DNA of 62,437 nt, filler included. It is 3 parts of 3 records of this genome, joined end to end, with 100 filler letters (N's around TTAATTAATTAA, not from the genome) between each part and the next. Parts side by side here need not be neighbours in the genome. Positions count along the whole stretch, not along the records: positions 1 to 26,918 come from SRR20825019_670; 2 more parts are not named here. One strand, given 5' to 3'. Below the pieces are notes generated by a model. That model saw only the letters and a list, made by a program, of their open reading frames with translations. It ran no database searches and was not told where the DNA came from. The position numbers and the translations under genes are program-made. How positions within the stretch are numbered: the stretch's first letter is position 1; every line of letters starts with the position of its first letter. Below, in pieces: positions 1-13,000 of the stretch.

Positions 1-109
1 GGGGGGGGGGGGGGGGGGGGGGGGGGTTCACAGACCTGCGATAGGGGCTTCTGCCACCCTCATTCTCCAGTGGGTTTGCCCCGCCTTATCTTACACGTCC
101 CCATAATAG

Positions 110-1747
110 CAATGGCACATGTGGTCGGTGTGGGGCTCGCTGCTCAGCAGTTTTTTCTTCGTCCTGATGTGGGTCATCCCTCCCTGGAACCTTATCACCG
201 TCGCCGCGTTCTACATGGTACGTGCCAAAATCATCCCCGCGACAGTCGCGGTCCTGACTTTGCCGCAGCTGGCGTCCCTTCTCCACTCGCTCTTCTATTC
301 GCTGTACTTTGTGCCGGTGTGGGCAGTACACCCCCTCCTGAGGTGAGTATAGCCCCGTTGACAGCGGCGCGGTCGCTCACGCTGTCGCAGCACGGAGTAT
401 CACGAGCGCACGAGACTCTCAACAATTGGTGCCGCATTTACTGTTCTTGGGCTGGTGCTGTCCCTCTGGATTGCTGTCGCCATATTTGATATCGTGCAGG
501 ATCCGGTGACAAACTTTTACGTCTTGGGTCTTGTCATCGCGATCTTGTCGGCGTTTGCTACGCTGGCCTTTGTTGGCGGAACTAGGGAGCACCTGCAGGT
601 GATGAAGATGATAGACGCCCCGAAATCGTCCGACGTTCAGGAGGTTTTTGAGAACAAGCCATTCATGCTGGTTACTGGGGCTCTCGTCACCGGCTGGACC
701 GCGATCCAGCTGGTGATGGTGATTCTGCCCTATTATGTCGTGAACTACCTCAAGCTGCGGCACGGGGCGATGGTGTGGATTGCAATCACATACGAATCGA
801 CGATGGTCGGGGCAGTCTTTGTGTGGTACTCCATCTCAAGGAAGCTGGGCAAGAAGGGAACGTATTTTCTAGGGACGTCGCTGGCAATGTTTTTCCAGGT
901 ATGGCCACATTGCCCTCCGATGGCCGGTACTGCGGCGTGACCCTCTTACTCTAGGTGTTATTTCTTTTTATCACCCCGGAGAATGCGTGGCTTTGCTACG
1001 TGCTCTCTGCGTGTGCCGGGTCGAGCGCGGCAGCATGGTAAGCGGGTGAAGCGGCGAGGTTCCGTGTCCATGGCCTGACACATTGGGCTTGCAGGTTCGC
1101 GGTGCTGAACTCGATGCAGAGTGACACCACTGACTATCATGAGCTCAAGTTCCATGCGCGTAGGCAGGGGTTGCTGGCTGGAGTAAGTGCCAAGCGGGTC
1201 GTCGGCCGAATTGAGTTTTCTGAGGCTCTTGGGTGCCAGGTCGTAATGATTTCTGAGAAGATCGGGGCAACCTTTGGGATGATCCCGGTGTGGGCTTCGC
1301 TCTCATGGTTTGGGTTCCAGTCAACAGGGAAGGACGAATATGCGGAGCAGCCGGAAAAGGCGCTGATGGCCATCCGTGTGTCCATCAGCATCGTCCCGGG
1401 TGTGCTGATGATAATGAGCATGGTAGGAACACTTGCTCTCGAGTTGATTCGGGGTGATCTGATGGGTTCGTGCTTCGTAGATTTTCGCGGCGTTCTACCC
1501 TATCACAGAAGAGTCCCATCGGGAGACTCTGCGCCTGCTGGAGCAACGGAAGAAGGAGGAAGAGGAGGCTTCGAGGCCAAAACAATATGGCACCACCTCC
1601 AGTGGCACGAGCGCCCTTCAGAGGTGGGTCCGAGTAGGGGTGTGCTTTACCGCGACCCTGACTGCTTCTATTTATAGAACAAGCATTACTCCACAAACCC
1701 GGAACATTGCAACATCTATAGGTGGTTTTGAGCAGCCGGGGGTCTGA
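110..1747 (+). CDS. MFS transporter, GPH/MFSD2-like (Na+/sugar or lysolipid symporter family); multi-exon, 5'-truncated
   Basis: Spliced across GT-AG introns (e.g. 218-268, 1183-1239, 1624-1677), the protein has hydrophobic helices and GPH-type motifs 'FVPVWAVHPLLSTEYHERTRL', 'ISRKLGKKGTY', 'RRQGLLAG', 'FYPITEESH'. Stop TGA at 1745-1747. Confidence 0.8.
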
Positions 1748-1914
1748 TCGTATTCTACGAATGCAAAGTATGTTACGCTCTGTTGCAGGCTTTACTGCGA
1801 GGTGCCGAGCCCCAGGGCTGCAAGGCCATGGTGGCGTGCACCTGGGGTCTTGCGTGGCCGCGCCACCACCCCCAACCAATAAAATCGTACTTCTCGACTC
1901 CGATCGTTGCTCCT

Positions 1915-3788
1915 TCAAGACTTGTCTACGTCGAGGGGCTGAGCCCCACCGGCATGGACGAACTCCTCAACTGACTCCTTGACAAGGTCCGCAATCTTCT
2001 GGAGATACCCGTCCTTCTTCTCATCGTACTGCCCATGGGAAACCTGTGCGAGCTGTGAGAAGAGCTCCCGCTTCATGGCGGCAAACTGCTTCGTCATTGT
2101 GTCCTGCAGCTGTTCATAATCCGCCTCGGGGATTTCTGCCGGCTTCGCCTTGAGGCCACCCTTGAAAATGTCAGTGACATGCTCGAATGTGTTGTCGATC
2201 TGGTTGCGCAGGTCACGCTCGTCCGCTGTGGGTTGTCACATTAGGCCTGGGATGGGTATCACAATCGAACGCTGAAATTGGCCTTACCAGTCAATCGTCC
2301 CAGTTCGGTCTTGGTCCCCGCGAACTCACGCACGCGCTCCTTCTCCTCCTTGCGCACTGCCTTCTCGACAGATTCCGCACTTGTGGAGACATCCTCCGTT
2401 TTCACCTCCAGCTTGTCAACGCGTTCCTGTTGTTTCTGCACACCCTCGCGTCAGCCCGGACCACCGCACCCAGCAGCATGCAGCCAGTCACCTTGACCAT
2501 ATCCTTTGCATCATCCTGCCGCATAACCATGTACTTCTTCATCTCCGCTGCCTTGTTGATCGTAGACGAAACTTCCGTGAACTTACTAATCTGGGACGCG
2601 ACATCCCTTGCGGTATTGTCTGTCTTGAGGGACATTTCGCGCACAACATTCTCCGTGTGGACGTTGAACTCGTGCGTGACGTCCTTGTATTTCATCAGCT
2701 TGTCCGCAACCTTACCCTGCTGATAAACCCTCGTTGTATAAGCACGGAGCCTCTTCTTCGTGCCCCACTTCATCATGCGGAAGTTGCGTGACATCACACG
2801 GACCTCCTTTTGTGAAGCCAGTGTCTCCTTCTCCAGTGACTTTTGCAGCAGAAAGTTCATCCTATCCGCAAGTTTTGTCACGGTTCGGGTATCTCTTTCC
2901 TCCTTCTGAAGACGCTTCTTGTCAAGACTCTGCTGCGCATCAGAGTTGTCCCATTTCTTCATGCTCCAATGCCTAAACTTTTCGAGCGAGTTGAGGCGGT
3001 TCTGGTGCCCCTTGATCCGCTTTGCTTGCTCTCGAAGCTGGCTCTTGTGTGTTCTTGCTTGGTGATTGATCATCTCAATCATCTTCATCGACTGCTGGAT
3101 ACGAATCTCTACTACCCTCTGCCGGGTCCTCATGTACAAACGCCATTTGTGGAAGCGCGACGCTATTGCAAGGGAGTCAGGATGCTCCCCCTCCCTACAC
3201 AATTTCAAACAAATCCCTTACCTGGAAGAAGATCACCGAGATACTGTTTGCAACACCACAGCTCCTCAATGCAGTGGAGGTTGTTGCAACTGTTCCGGAA
3301 CATCCCGTTGACATAATACCCTGGCCTTTTGCAGAAAGACCATCCTTTCCTATCAAACGTGCCCCTGTACACAGTCATCGTCAGCTCAACCACGCCCTGT
3401 GCGTGTTCTCGACACGTACCAAATGTTCGCCTTGTAACAGTCGTTGTTGAACCCTAGCCGCGGGGGGTCGTGCATCCGCCCCGTCCTGACCTGCTTCTTC
3501 TTTGCATATGTCGCCATGGCAGTCTGCATTAGGTTCACCGAGCTGTCTGAAGCCTTCCTGTATAAACCCTCAATCCCACCACGGGGACTCTGCAGAGGCT
3601 CCCCAGTTAGCCCCTGTACTAGTCGAAAACACCAGCCGTCCACATACCCCTGTTGGCCTCATCTTCGAGGTGCGCATTCTGGCCCCCGACACATGACTAC
3701 AGAACGATAGTGCCAGCAGACACAGCGCAAAGTACACGCACAGAGAAAAGAGGCGACCACTGCGCGACTCAGATCTGTGGTGTATCAT
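1915..3788 (-). CDS. Secreted or membrane-anchored protein with a Cys-rich module and a long coiled coil; multi-exon
   Basis: ATG at 3788 followed by hydrophobic leader 'LFSLCVYFALCLLALSFCSHVSG'. Introns 3590-3647, 3365-3419 and 3163-3221 plus two more join the ORF-track fragments. Module 'CYKANIWGTFDRKGWSFCKRPGYYVNGMFRNSCNNLHCIEELWCCK' is followed by a K/E/Q-rich heptad region. Confidence 0.7.
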
Positions 3789-4039
3789 GCTGTTATGACC
3801 CTGCAGCTTCGCCCACCAGCACAGACCGACCCAGTTGGTGTTCTGCCTAATCAACTTTTGTAAGCTCCTCTTTATGCATCCTCCAGCAGTGAGTGTGATT
3901 GACTGGCATGGCCCGCGCAGCGCAGTGTGGGCAGGGAACAGAGGCTCTGTTGGAGATGAGGCAGGGCCGTGGTCATTTCGTTCTGTGAGTTGCAGCTTGT
4001 TGGGGTGCCGGTTGGGTGCGCGCGCTTGGGTGGTTGTAA

Positions 4040-4560
4040 TATGGTGACGCGCCGAGTCTTGAGTCAGTCTGTGCAGAGTGACAGGCCCCCGAGCCGGCAC
4101 TCGGCCAGCTGCGCCCCGGGCCGCGTCCCCTTGCGAGTCAGTCAGTCGGCGCTGAGCCGGGCTGGTGCGCTGAGGCGCGGGCCGGCCGCCTGGGGCCCGG
4201 CCGGCTCACCACCCGCCCACGGCGTGCGTGGCCCACACACAGTTCTTGTGAACCTTACACAATCATTTGATTATTCGGACAAGGTAGACTAATCGTAGTG
4301 TCTGGATTAGAGGATGACCTCGCCCTCACAGCCGCACGGGGGTGGACCGGGCCGCTCCGGTCACTCAACTTGACCTGAACGCAGCGTGGCCCACACTGCC
4401 GCAGGGAACCAGTCAGGCTGACTCCGGTCCCCCACCCCCCCGAACCCGGACCGCCGCCGTCGGCGGCCCGGGGCGCGGCCCGGTCTGCTCACGCCGCCCC
4501 CGGCACGCGCCTCCCCCCCGCGGCCGCTCACAAGTAGTCGCTGCTGACTCGGACGGAGCC
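4040..4560. promoter_or_regulatory. Putative bidirectional promoter: two GC-rich TGAC/GAGTCA blocks flanking an AT-rich core
   Basis: Lies between divergent genes (starts at 3788 - and 4683 +). GC blocks at about 4040-4240 and 4330-4560 contain gagtcagtc, gagtcagtcagtc and tgactc. AT-rich core at about 4245-4315. Confidence 0.5.
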
Positions 4561-4682
4561 ATTCCCTCGGCAGAGCTACAAGTATTGCCTGTGGTGATGG
4601 CGACAGTGATCCAACACAAGCAGCCTACTGCCCCTGGCAAGACATAAACTTTGTTCTCCAGCGGATCTGCACTTCCGCTATT

Positions 4683-6031
4683 ATGGAGATTTTGGCGTTC
4701 AAGTTGGTGTCGTTCTTCCTATCATGGTCTATAAGTCTTTTTGGCTTGTTGCCACTGCTGACGCGAGGATGGAAGCAACGTGACACATATCTCTCAATGG
4801 CGAACGCGTTTTCAGGGGGCGTGTTCCTCGGTGCCGGCTTCCTGCACCTTTTCTCAGAGGCGGTCTCGGTTTATCAAGAGGAAATATTGGGAGGTGAAGG
4901 CAAGGAGGATGCACTCCCCCTTCCGTTCATCCTTTGCCCGTGCGGGTTTCTGCTGACTCTTTATGTTGAGAAGGTTCGTCACGTAATGTGTAAGTTATTA
5001 ATTATGTCTGACCGTCTGGCCTTGCATCAGATAATGTGCGCAGCCCCTGAGGAGCCGGAGGAAGGGAATGAAATGGAGCAGATCACCTACAACTCTGAGG
5101 GAGTGGGCTCGCCCAAAGAGATCTCTCGAGAACCAGCCCCGATGGGCCGGCGGTCATCATCCGGGGCTGGCGGACACTCCCACGCTGGGTCTGGTGGTCA
5201 TGGCCACTCCCACGGGGCCGAGTTGCTAACATCCCAAGGGGGAAAGAACAAGATGTATCCGATGATTCTCTTCTTTGTACTGTCCATCCACTCTGTCGTG
5301 AGTGGCATGGCCTTGGGTGTCCAGACGACCGTGGTGAAGGCGAGCGTCATATTAGTGGCCATCGTGTCACATAAGTGGGTAGAAGCGTTTGCGCTCGGCG
5401 TGACGCTGCTGAAATCTGGCGTGTCGCCACCAACACTCGCAAAAACGGTCCTTTCATGTGGGTTCATGACTCCTCTGGGCATAATGATTGGGGTGCGTGG
5501 TAGTGCCGGGGTGGGGGGGGTGGGGGGGGACCTGAGCTCTGACGTGCTTGTATTCTATAGGGTTCTCTGCAACAGTTCATGAACGGATCTACCGGGATCT
5601 TGTTCAACTTTGTTCTAACGGCCGTGGCCTCCGGGACTTTCCTCTACGTGGCTATCGTGGACATCTTGCTGGAGGAGTTCAACAACAGGAAACATGCGTC
5701 ATTGTAAGTTGGCGGCATTCTTACAAAGGAGAAGGCCCTGACTGCGTGTTTTTGCAGCAAGTTCATTCTTTGCTTAATAGGAATGTTTTCCATGCTAATT
5801 GTCAGCTTAATATTCGGCGACGAGCATGGCCACGGGTAAGTGATAATGGTGTAGCAGTCGCTGATCGGAGCCATGATGCTAATTTCATGTTTCAGCCACT
5901 CCGGGCATAGCCACACTGTGTCGACAGCAGAAGCAGTTCATTCTGTTGTCCACGCTGCGGCCAGTGAGGTGGGTGCGAATGTTTCCCACAATCTTAGGGC
6001 GGGTGCCGAGGCTGGGCACTCGCACGGATGA
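4683..6031 (+). CDS. ZIP (ZRT/IRT-like) zinc/iron transporter; 5 exons
   Basis: Motifs 'NAFSGGVFLGAGFLHL', 'LSIHSVVSGMALG', 'SHKWVEAFALG', 'ASGTFLYVAIVDILLEEF' and a His-rich loop. Introns 4974-5030, 5493-5560, 5704-5757, 5836-5895. Stop TGA 6029-6031. Confidence 0.93.
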
Positions 6032-7034
6032 AGGACCATATCACCCTGAGCAACAATTGTCTTGTTGTCTTTTTGATTGTGTCAACCAAGCTCTCTGAGA
6101 CTCTCTGAAATGGATGAGAGTGGAGCCGTGGGGACCGTTTTGTGGTTGCCGCATAAGCCATACACCTATGAACACTGTGCAGAGTGTGTATGATGTCAAA
6201 GGCGGTGCCCGGCGATATTTCCTCGGGCTTCTCGGTGATGATAATGAATCTTGCATCTTCTGCCAGCAGATGTTTATTTTTAGAAGTAAAAGGGGGTGTT
6301 GGCCCTTTATTTATATTTAACGATTAATCTAGGTGTAATGAAGGAGACCGTTGAGGCTCCTCCTCGAAACCGTAAGTAATGCACGCTGAGGAGGCGCCTG
6401 TCAGTGTGGCGGGTGCCCGGCTGTGCAGCATGGCCGGGGTGCGCCGACCAGCCGCCTAGCGTCGTGCCCGTGCCGCCGCGGCTGGCCCGCGTCCGCTTCT
6501 CAGGCTGCCCGCCGGGTCGCCGGCCAAGGTGCGGCCGGGCTGGGGCGACCGGGCCTACGGCCCGACCTCACTGTTGACGAAGGTGCCGCCGGCCGGCCGG
6601 CCATCCGGCCAGTGAGTGAGGTGCTGGCCCGGCAGCACGGCTACGTTTGGGCGGGCTGGGCCCGCACACGCCGCCAGGGTGGAATCGTTACATGCCCTTC
6701 AAGTGAAGCGCCGCTTACGCTCTCCCGTCCGGGTCGGCCGCTCTCATGATGGTCACGCAGTGACGGTGCAAGTGTTCAGTCCGTCGACTCTCCGTGAAGT
6801 GGCCACACGCGTGGAGCCCCTTGGCCAACATGGCAGTTCTTGCCCAGCGCTTGCGATCTTCCCTTCAGGGGCCAGTGATCGACTGTGGCGGGCTCGGTCG
6901 GCAGGGAACGAGCGAACTCGACATCTTTGTTGTTGCTGCTTGTGTTTTTCACCTCTGTTATAGATACCTCCCAGCTCCACTTTGGTGAGATCAAACCTCT
7001 ACAGGACAGATATCTATTACAGGAGGGTGTTCCG

Positions 7035-10000
7035 ATGGTGAACTGGGTGAAGAAGGTCGGCATCGCCGCTGGCCTCCGGACTCCAAAGCCCGCTAAGAAT
7101 GGTGTCCCGCCTGCACAGGACCATCCCAAGCCGACCGAGACCCCTAGCAAGCGGCCGGCGTCGTTTGCGACGTCGGTGCAAGACGCCATCAACAGGCAGG
7201 TCAATGAGAGCGGAGGCACTGGAATGGTTTCCCATGTCTGTCTATTTGCTGTGGAAAAGTTCTCCAAAGAGGTCGGTAGTGCTCATATGTGCGACCCCCG
7301 GGTTCAATGTGACTAATGGCACTCAATGCAGGCGGAGAACCTCCTGCACTCGGGGGCAAAGTTTGTTGACAACGAGGGGGAGAAGAAACTCGGCCCCCCC
7401 ATAAAACACATGAGCGCCCTCTCACGTGACTGCGCCGCAGGGTATGTTGTATTGCGAGTTCAGTTGGGCTGCGTTCCGTTCTGTGGATGTTGGGTGTGTG
7501 CACGTCAGGCGGACAAGGGCGGCGCTGACCTCATCACAGATTGCTGGCGGGTCTTGTGGCATGGTTCCGGAACAAGGAGGCCGCAACGACGGAGAAGCGA
7601 CTCCTCGGGGATCTGTTTGGGCTGGCGATCCTCGGCCTAATGGACACGGGTCTATTCCTTCCACATGCCCCGGACGTCTCAAGCCTCACGACCGATATTC
7701 GCCTGATTGCCCTCAACAGCATCCTGGTCTCGTATGGGGAGGGCGCCGACAAGAAGGGAAGCGCTGCCGGTGACTTGATGCCCATGAGCCGAGTGGTTGC
7801 GCGGATGGCAGCGATGGACTTCCAGCGGACGATGGAGGCGGTGAGGATGCAGCTCGATAGCCGGCTTGAGAGTGATCGGCGCGGGCACGCCAAGGACGCA
7901 CAGGCCCTCGTGCAGAGCCTTCATAACCTCGTCGTTCCGATGAACACCAGTGCCGAGGAGGAGGTGTTCACTCGCTTCCTTGAGGATCTGTCCAAGATGA
8001 TTGGCCGGGCGCACCTGCGCGAGGTCAAGCAGGAACTGGGCGCCCTCGCCCGCAGCCTCCTTGCCTGCAACGCCGTCGTCCCGCGCGATGCGGAGCACGG
8101 TGGCGATTCCCGTCGCGGTCAGAGCATTCAGTATGCAGTGAGAAATCTTTATACACGGGCGGAGGAGGATCTTTCATCCCGTTGTCCCGGGCACGGCCAC
8201 GCGCTGATGGCTGCCTGCGCCGCTGTGATGTCACACCAGGAGTTCCTCGAGCGCAAGCCCGAGTTGTTCAGGCGACTTTTTAGGGACATCCGCGATGATC
8301 GCAGCAAGGAGGTCGTTTCGATGGCCCTGCAGTCACTGTCACTCATCGTCCGCGGCCAGTACAGGTCCGAGGAGCGGCGATCTGGTGTCAGGGCCGAGGT
8401 CGGTTTTAATGATGTTGCACGTGAAATTGTCAACCAGATCATCTGGACGGTGCCTGCAGCGGCGGGAGGGCCGGCCGAGCGGCGTGGCCCTAGCGGTGCG
8501 TGTCTTGATGACGCCGTTGCGCTCTTGTGCGAGCTCGCAGATCTTGATGTGGACATTGTCATGAACGAGGTCGTTATCTCAGTCCTGCGTGACGCCGCCG
8601 CCGAACAGACCATCGGGATTAGTCCCGGGCACCACTACGGGTATCAAGAAGTCCATGTTGACAAGGATAAGGAAGACCAAAGCAGCCCAGCCCGCGTGAA
8701 AATGTTTAGTGATCTTACGGTTGTAGCTGTTCGCACCCTTTGCGAAGTGACCAGGCGGTTCAAGGCCCAGAGCGACAAGTTTTCCCGCGGGCTTTCTTCT
8801 CGCCCCCGAAGCCACATTGTACCTATGGAGATCTCACGGCACACGTCCACCATTACGGGTCTGCTGGGCACGGTGCTGAGATCGTGCGAGAAGTCCCTCG
8901 ATTCCATGATACTCACGGTCGGGAATGAGCGGAACTCGATGACAGATGAACAGCTCGCCGATATTGGTACCAAGGAAAGCGTAGCCACCAACATCCTGCT
9001 TGCCGGCCTGCAGTGCGTCCACTGGTTTGAGCCGGCCAACACCGAGAATGGGTTCTCCACGGAAGCGCTTCTCAATGTGATCTGCCGCTGCTGCATGCAC
9101 ATTTGCACTAGCATCAGCGATAGGGCCATTGAGCTCCTCAAGTATCTCCCGGCGTCACGGCCCGACCGAGTCGGCAGTGCTCTGGTTGCGATCACGCAGT
9201 TCTTGGCCACTATCCCAGATGACGCGCGGCATTCCCGCGTCGTTCAATTCTTTGAGAGCATGGAGAAAATGCTGCTGGGGTGGAGCGAGTATGAGATTCG
9301 TCTTGGCCGGTCGCAGTTCAATCCATTGCGCGGCCTTGAGGCGGCCATGTTGCCGTGGTTGTGCAGTGGCTTCATTCCCCTACGCAGAGCTGTGATGGGG
9401 TGTTATCAGGCCATCACACACCTCGTGGCCTCCACGGTCAACCACGACGGATCACCCATGAAGGTCGCGTCCGAGGAGGCGATCGTTCGGTCTCAGAAGC
9501 GCGAGGCTCAGATCACCGTCCCAGCCGATTCGGTGGGTCACCTGATGGACATTCTCTCTCGCGATCTGGTTGTCAAGACCGCTACAGTATACTCATGGCA
9601 GAAGCCATCTTGTTTCACGAGTTACGCCGACGAGACCCAGGAGGAGCGCGGGCTGGCCGACCCACCAGAGTCCGGCAATGCCGGCACGGCGGGGGGCCCG
9701 CGCGCCACGGTCAGTGTCACTCTGGAGGAACTCTGTGCTGCGGAGGACCCAGACAAGCAGCTGTGGTGGAGCCGGGCCCTGGGCGAGCTGATGAAGGCCC
9801 TTTCTGCGCACAAGACCTTCAAGGAAGTGGTTGCCGTGGGCATGTCGGAGCTCCACCGACGTCTCAAGAAAACAAGCTCGCTGGTGAGGCCTGACTATCG
9901 TCGCGGTGCCGACAAGCACGCTCCCCCATCCGATGCCGCCATCGTGCTGTACCACTACTGGCTCAATCTTGCGATGGCGTGCTGCTGCTCACTCAGCAAG

Positions 10001-13000
10001 ACATTGAACAAGGACCCTACGAGCCTCTTCCCCCTCTCTGCCCACGACCTCTTGGACACGGTCATCTCGTCTGGCCTCAAGCACGATTGGGACATCGTGC
10101 GTCTGGGAGCGTGCGAGGCTCTGGGGGCCGTGGCGGGCTCCGGGGTGGAGGTGCTGCTCGATCTTCTTGCCGGACTCGAAGACGACAGCCGCACGGAAGT
10201 CGAGTTAGCGCAGCAGGCGGTGCAGGCCGGCAAGGTCGTTGCCCGCAAGGAGAAGAGGTTTCTGTGCCCTCTACTGGTATATGTATATCGCCTTCTGACA
10301 GACCGCTCCCGGGACCCCGCCTCCGCGCTCCCCAACAAGACAAAGGTGTACCAAAAATCCACAGTGATGATCGAGGATGGCTACAAGTTCTTTAACGTGA
10401 TGGGCATGGAGGAGCAGAATATGCGCCTTTCTGTCTTCGGGTCGTCGCATGACGTCGAGTTCATGCGGTTCAATTACAGCCAGCTGGTCGAGAATCACGC
10501 CACGTCGGTGTACCGCGATGTCGGCAAGGATCACTTCCATCCGTCTGTCCGTCACAGGGTCTTCCTACAGCTGCGCCAATGGATTGGCCAAGAAAATTCA
10601 AGTGGTTCCCACTCACCCTCGGGGCCCAACCAGGCGTTTTTGGCTCTACAGCCTGTGCCGCTCCACCTCGCGGCAATGTCATCGATGTCAGCGCTTCTCG
10701 CGGGCCCATATTTCACGGACGAGGCGGTCGTTAAGAAGGGCTCTGGCATCGTCATATCGTGGCTGTCACAGATGTTCAAGATGCAGAGTACCGGTCGGAT
10801 ACGCCAAATATCCTGGGTGGCCCTGTCCAATCTGCTACGCGACAACAAGAACCTTCTGCTCATGTGCCTCGACAAATGTTACGACCACGATAGCAGGGTG
10901 GCCCAGGGCTTCTTCGAGGTCTTTGTCGGTTTTGTGATTCATGAAGATGCTCGCGTCCCGGAGCCTCTCCTCCTCCATGCCTGCCTGTACAAGGCAACCG
11001 ACCGATGCTCCACCGTGCGGGGCACAGCCATCCGCCTTCTCAGGTACTTATGGCCGCGACTGCACACACCGAAGATCAAGAAAGAGATTCTGGAAACAAA
11101 GATGCAGTGGGTGTGCTACCGCCCCAACAAACTACAAAAGAGCAAGAGGAAGGGCGGCGAAGCCGGCAGCGTGGATATGAATGAGGCCATGCCAAACGCC
11201 TTGTTCGTCTCGCAAGAGACTTTCTCTCGTGTTCTGGCCACCGTGTTCCCCCAGTGGACATGTGCATTGATTGGGGAGACCGACAGGCGCCTGAAGCTGA
11301 TCCACCCCGAGAAGAAGGCCCATGCACTCAACTACCTGCTGCCATGGACGAAAAACATCAGCTTCTGCACGGCCAAGCCCAATGACACCGAGCAAAAGAA
11401 GCGCCTGATACACGACATTGGCGAAAGTGTGATGAACACGCTGCTGCGGATGTCGGCGTCGATGATTGAGGTCAATGGCTCCCAGATTGGGGAGATATGG
11501 CGGGCCATTGCTGGCTCCGGCAAACACAACAACATCAAATTTGTCATCGACTTTTTGATCCTTAAGACCCAATACATACAGAGGGAGAAGCCACACGCGC
11601 TGGCCAACCACATCTCGCTTATGCGGCGGGTGGTCGGGTTCTTTGCCATGGAGGATGATGAGAAGACCATATCGCATCTGGCTAAGCTGCTAGTGATTGG
11701 CTCTGTGAGCCGCCAGGAAGAGAAAGAGAATATTGATGAAGAGTATGAGAAGATTCGCACCAAACCGAAGCTGACTTCTGGGGGCCGCATCAAGACACGC
11801 TTCGATATGAAGAAATTGAAGCAAGTTGCCGAGCGGGAGAGGGCAATCGGAAAAATTGGAGTCGACTCCAAAGAAAAGCAGAGGGAGGAGCGCAAGAGCG
11901 GGTTCCTATCCGGACTGGTGAAGGGGATTGGTGGAGGAATCTTTGGAGGTGGCGACAAGGGCGACAAGGCCCCGAGCAAGCGGGCCAAGCCGAGCGTGTT
12001 CGGAAACTTGGTCAACAACATGATCGGCCCCTCGAATATCAAGATCGGAGACGACGACACCACGTCAATGGACAAGGAGCCACTCAGGAAGACCCACATT
12101 GCGATGATCATGATCTCGGAGCTTCCTATAGAGAAGCCAGAGCTCTTCAGCGCATACCCAGTCCCCATGCTGCATCTTGCCGTGCTGTATTGCGACCACC
12201 CGAACCCGACGGTTTCCACCCACGCGAAACTCCTCCTGTCCGCCCTGCTTCAAGCGTCTGTGCTGGGAAATGTCAGCGGGGTGAAGGCCGACAAGGACGT
12301 GCGAGCCAGGGCCTTGGAGGTCATATCATACCTTCAGGCCTCTGAGCGCCGGCCGTTGTGGCAGCGCCAGCATCTTACACTGGGCCTCCGGCGCCGCGAC
12401 ATGAATAGTGTCCATGAGGTTGGAGGCTTGGTAAGCTCCGTCATCGCGTGCGTGCCCAAGTCTCGCCAGATGAGGCTGCGATGGCAGTCGCATGCCCTGC
12501 GATGGGCAGAAGAGACGTCGGTGGAGAGCCTCGCCGGCCGGTCCCTCCACATATTCTCGGCTCTTGATCCCCAGGTTGACCCGGAGTACCTATCCCGCAT
12601 CCTCGGCCGAATTTCCGCCATTATCGAGAATGTAATATCCGACACTTCGGCCACTAAGGGTGCCCTCCCAGCCGCGATGCAAAGTGCTCTCCTCGAGTGC
12701 TATGAGACTCTGGACGAGATGATAGACTCCAGTCCCGAGAGAGGAGAGGCGCGCGCCCTTCCATTCCTGTTTGCGGCCATGATGGCCCTCTTCAAGTCTC
12801 ACGACCCCGTGGTGGTGGAGGGCGCAGCGATGGTGACCAATCGCATAGTTTCTATGATGGACATGAGGCGGATGGAGGTCCAGAACTCGCTCCTGGCCCG
12901 CATACCCCGAACCTGGACGTGGTTCGAGGGCATTCTACCACTGCTTATCAATGCTCTCAGCGCCTCTGAAATTGGTGCACGGCTGTGCTGCGAGATTATG

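Noticed and set aside
1-26. Poly-G/poly-C tracts at contig ends (1-26, 26895-26918, 51291-51312) as telomeres or G4 elements
   Set aside because: They are pure homopolymers at assembly breaks with no telomeric unit. They are either real G-tracts that broke the assembly or sequencing artefacts, and their length is unreliable.
70-6031. Frameshifted pseudogenes or an alternative genetic code explaining fragmented eukaryotic ORFs
   Set aside because: The breaks I examined are resolved by canonical GT-AG introns, and TAA, TAG and TGA all serve as true stops.
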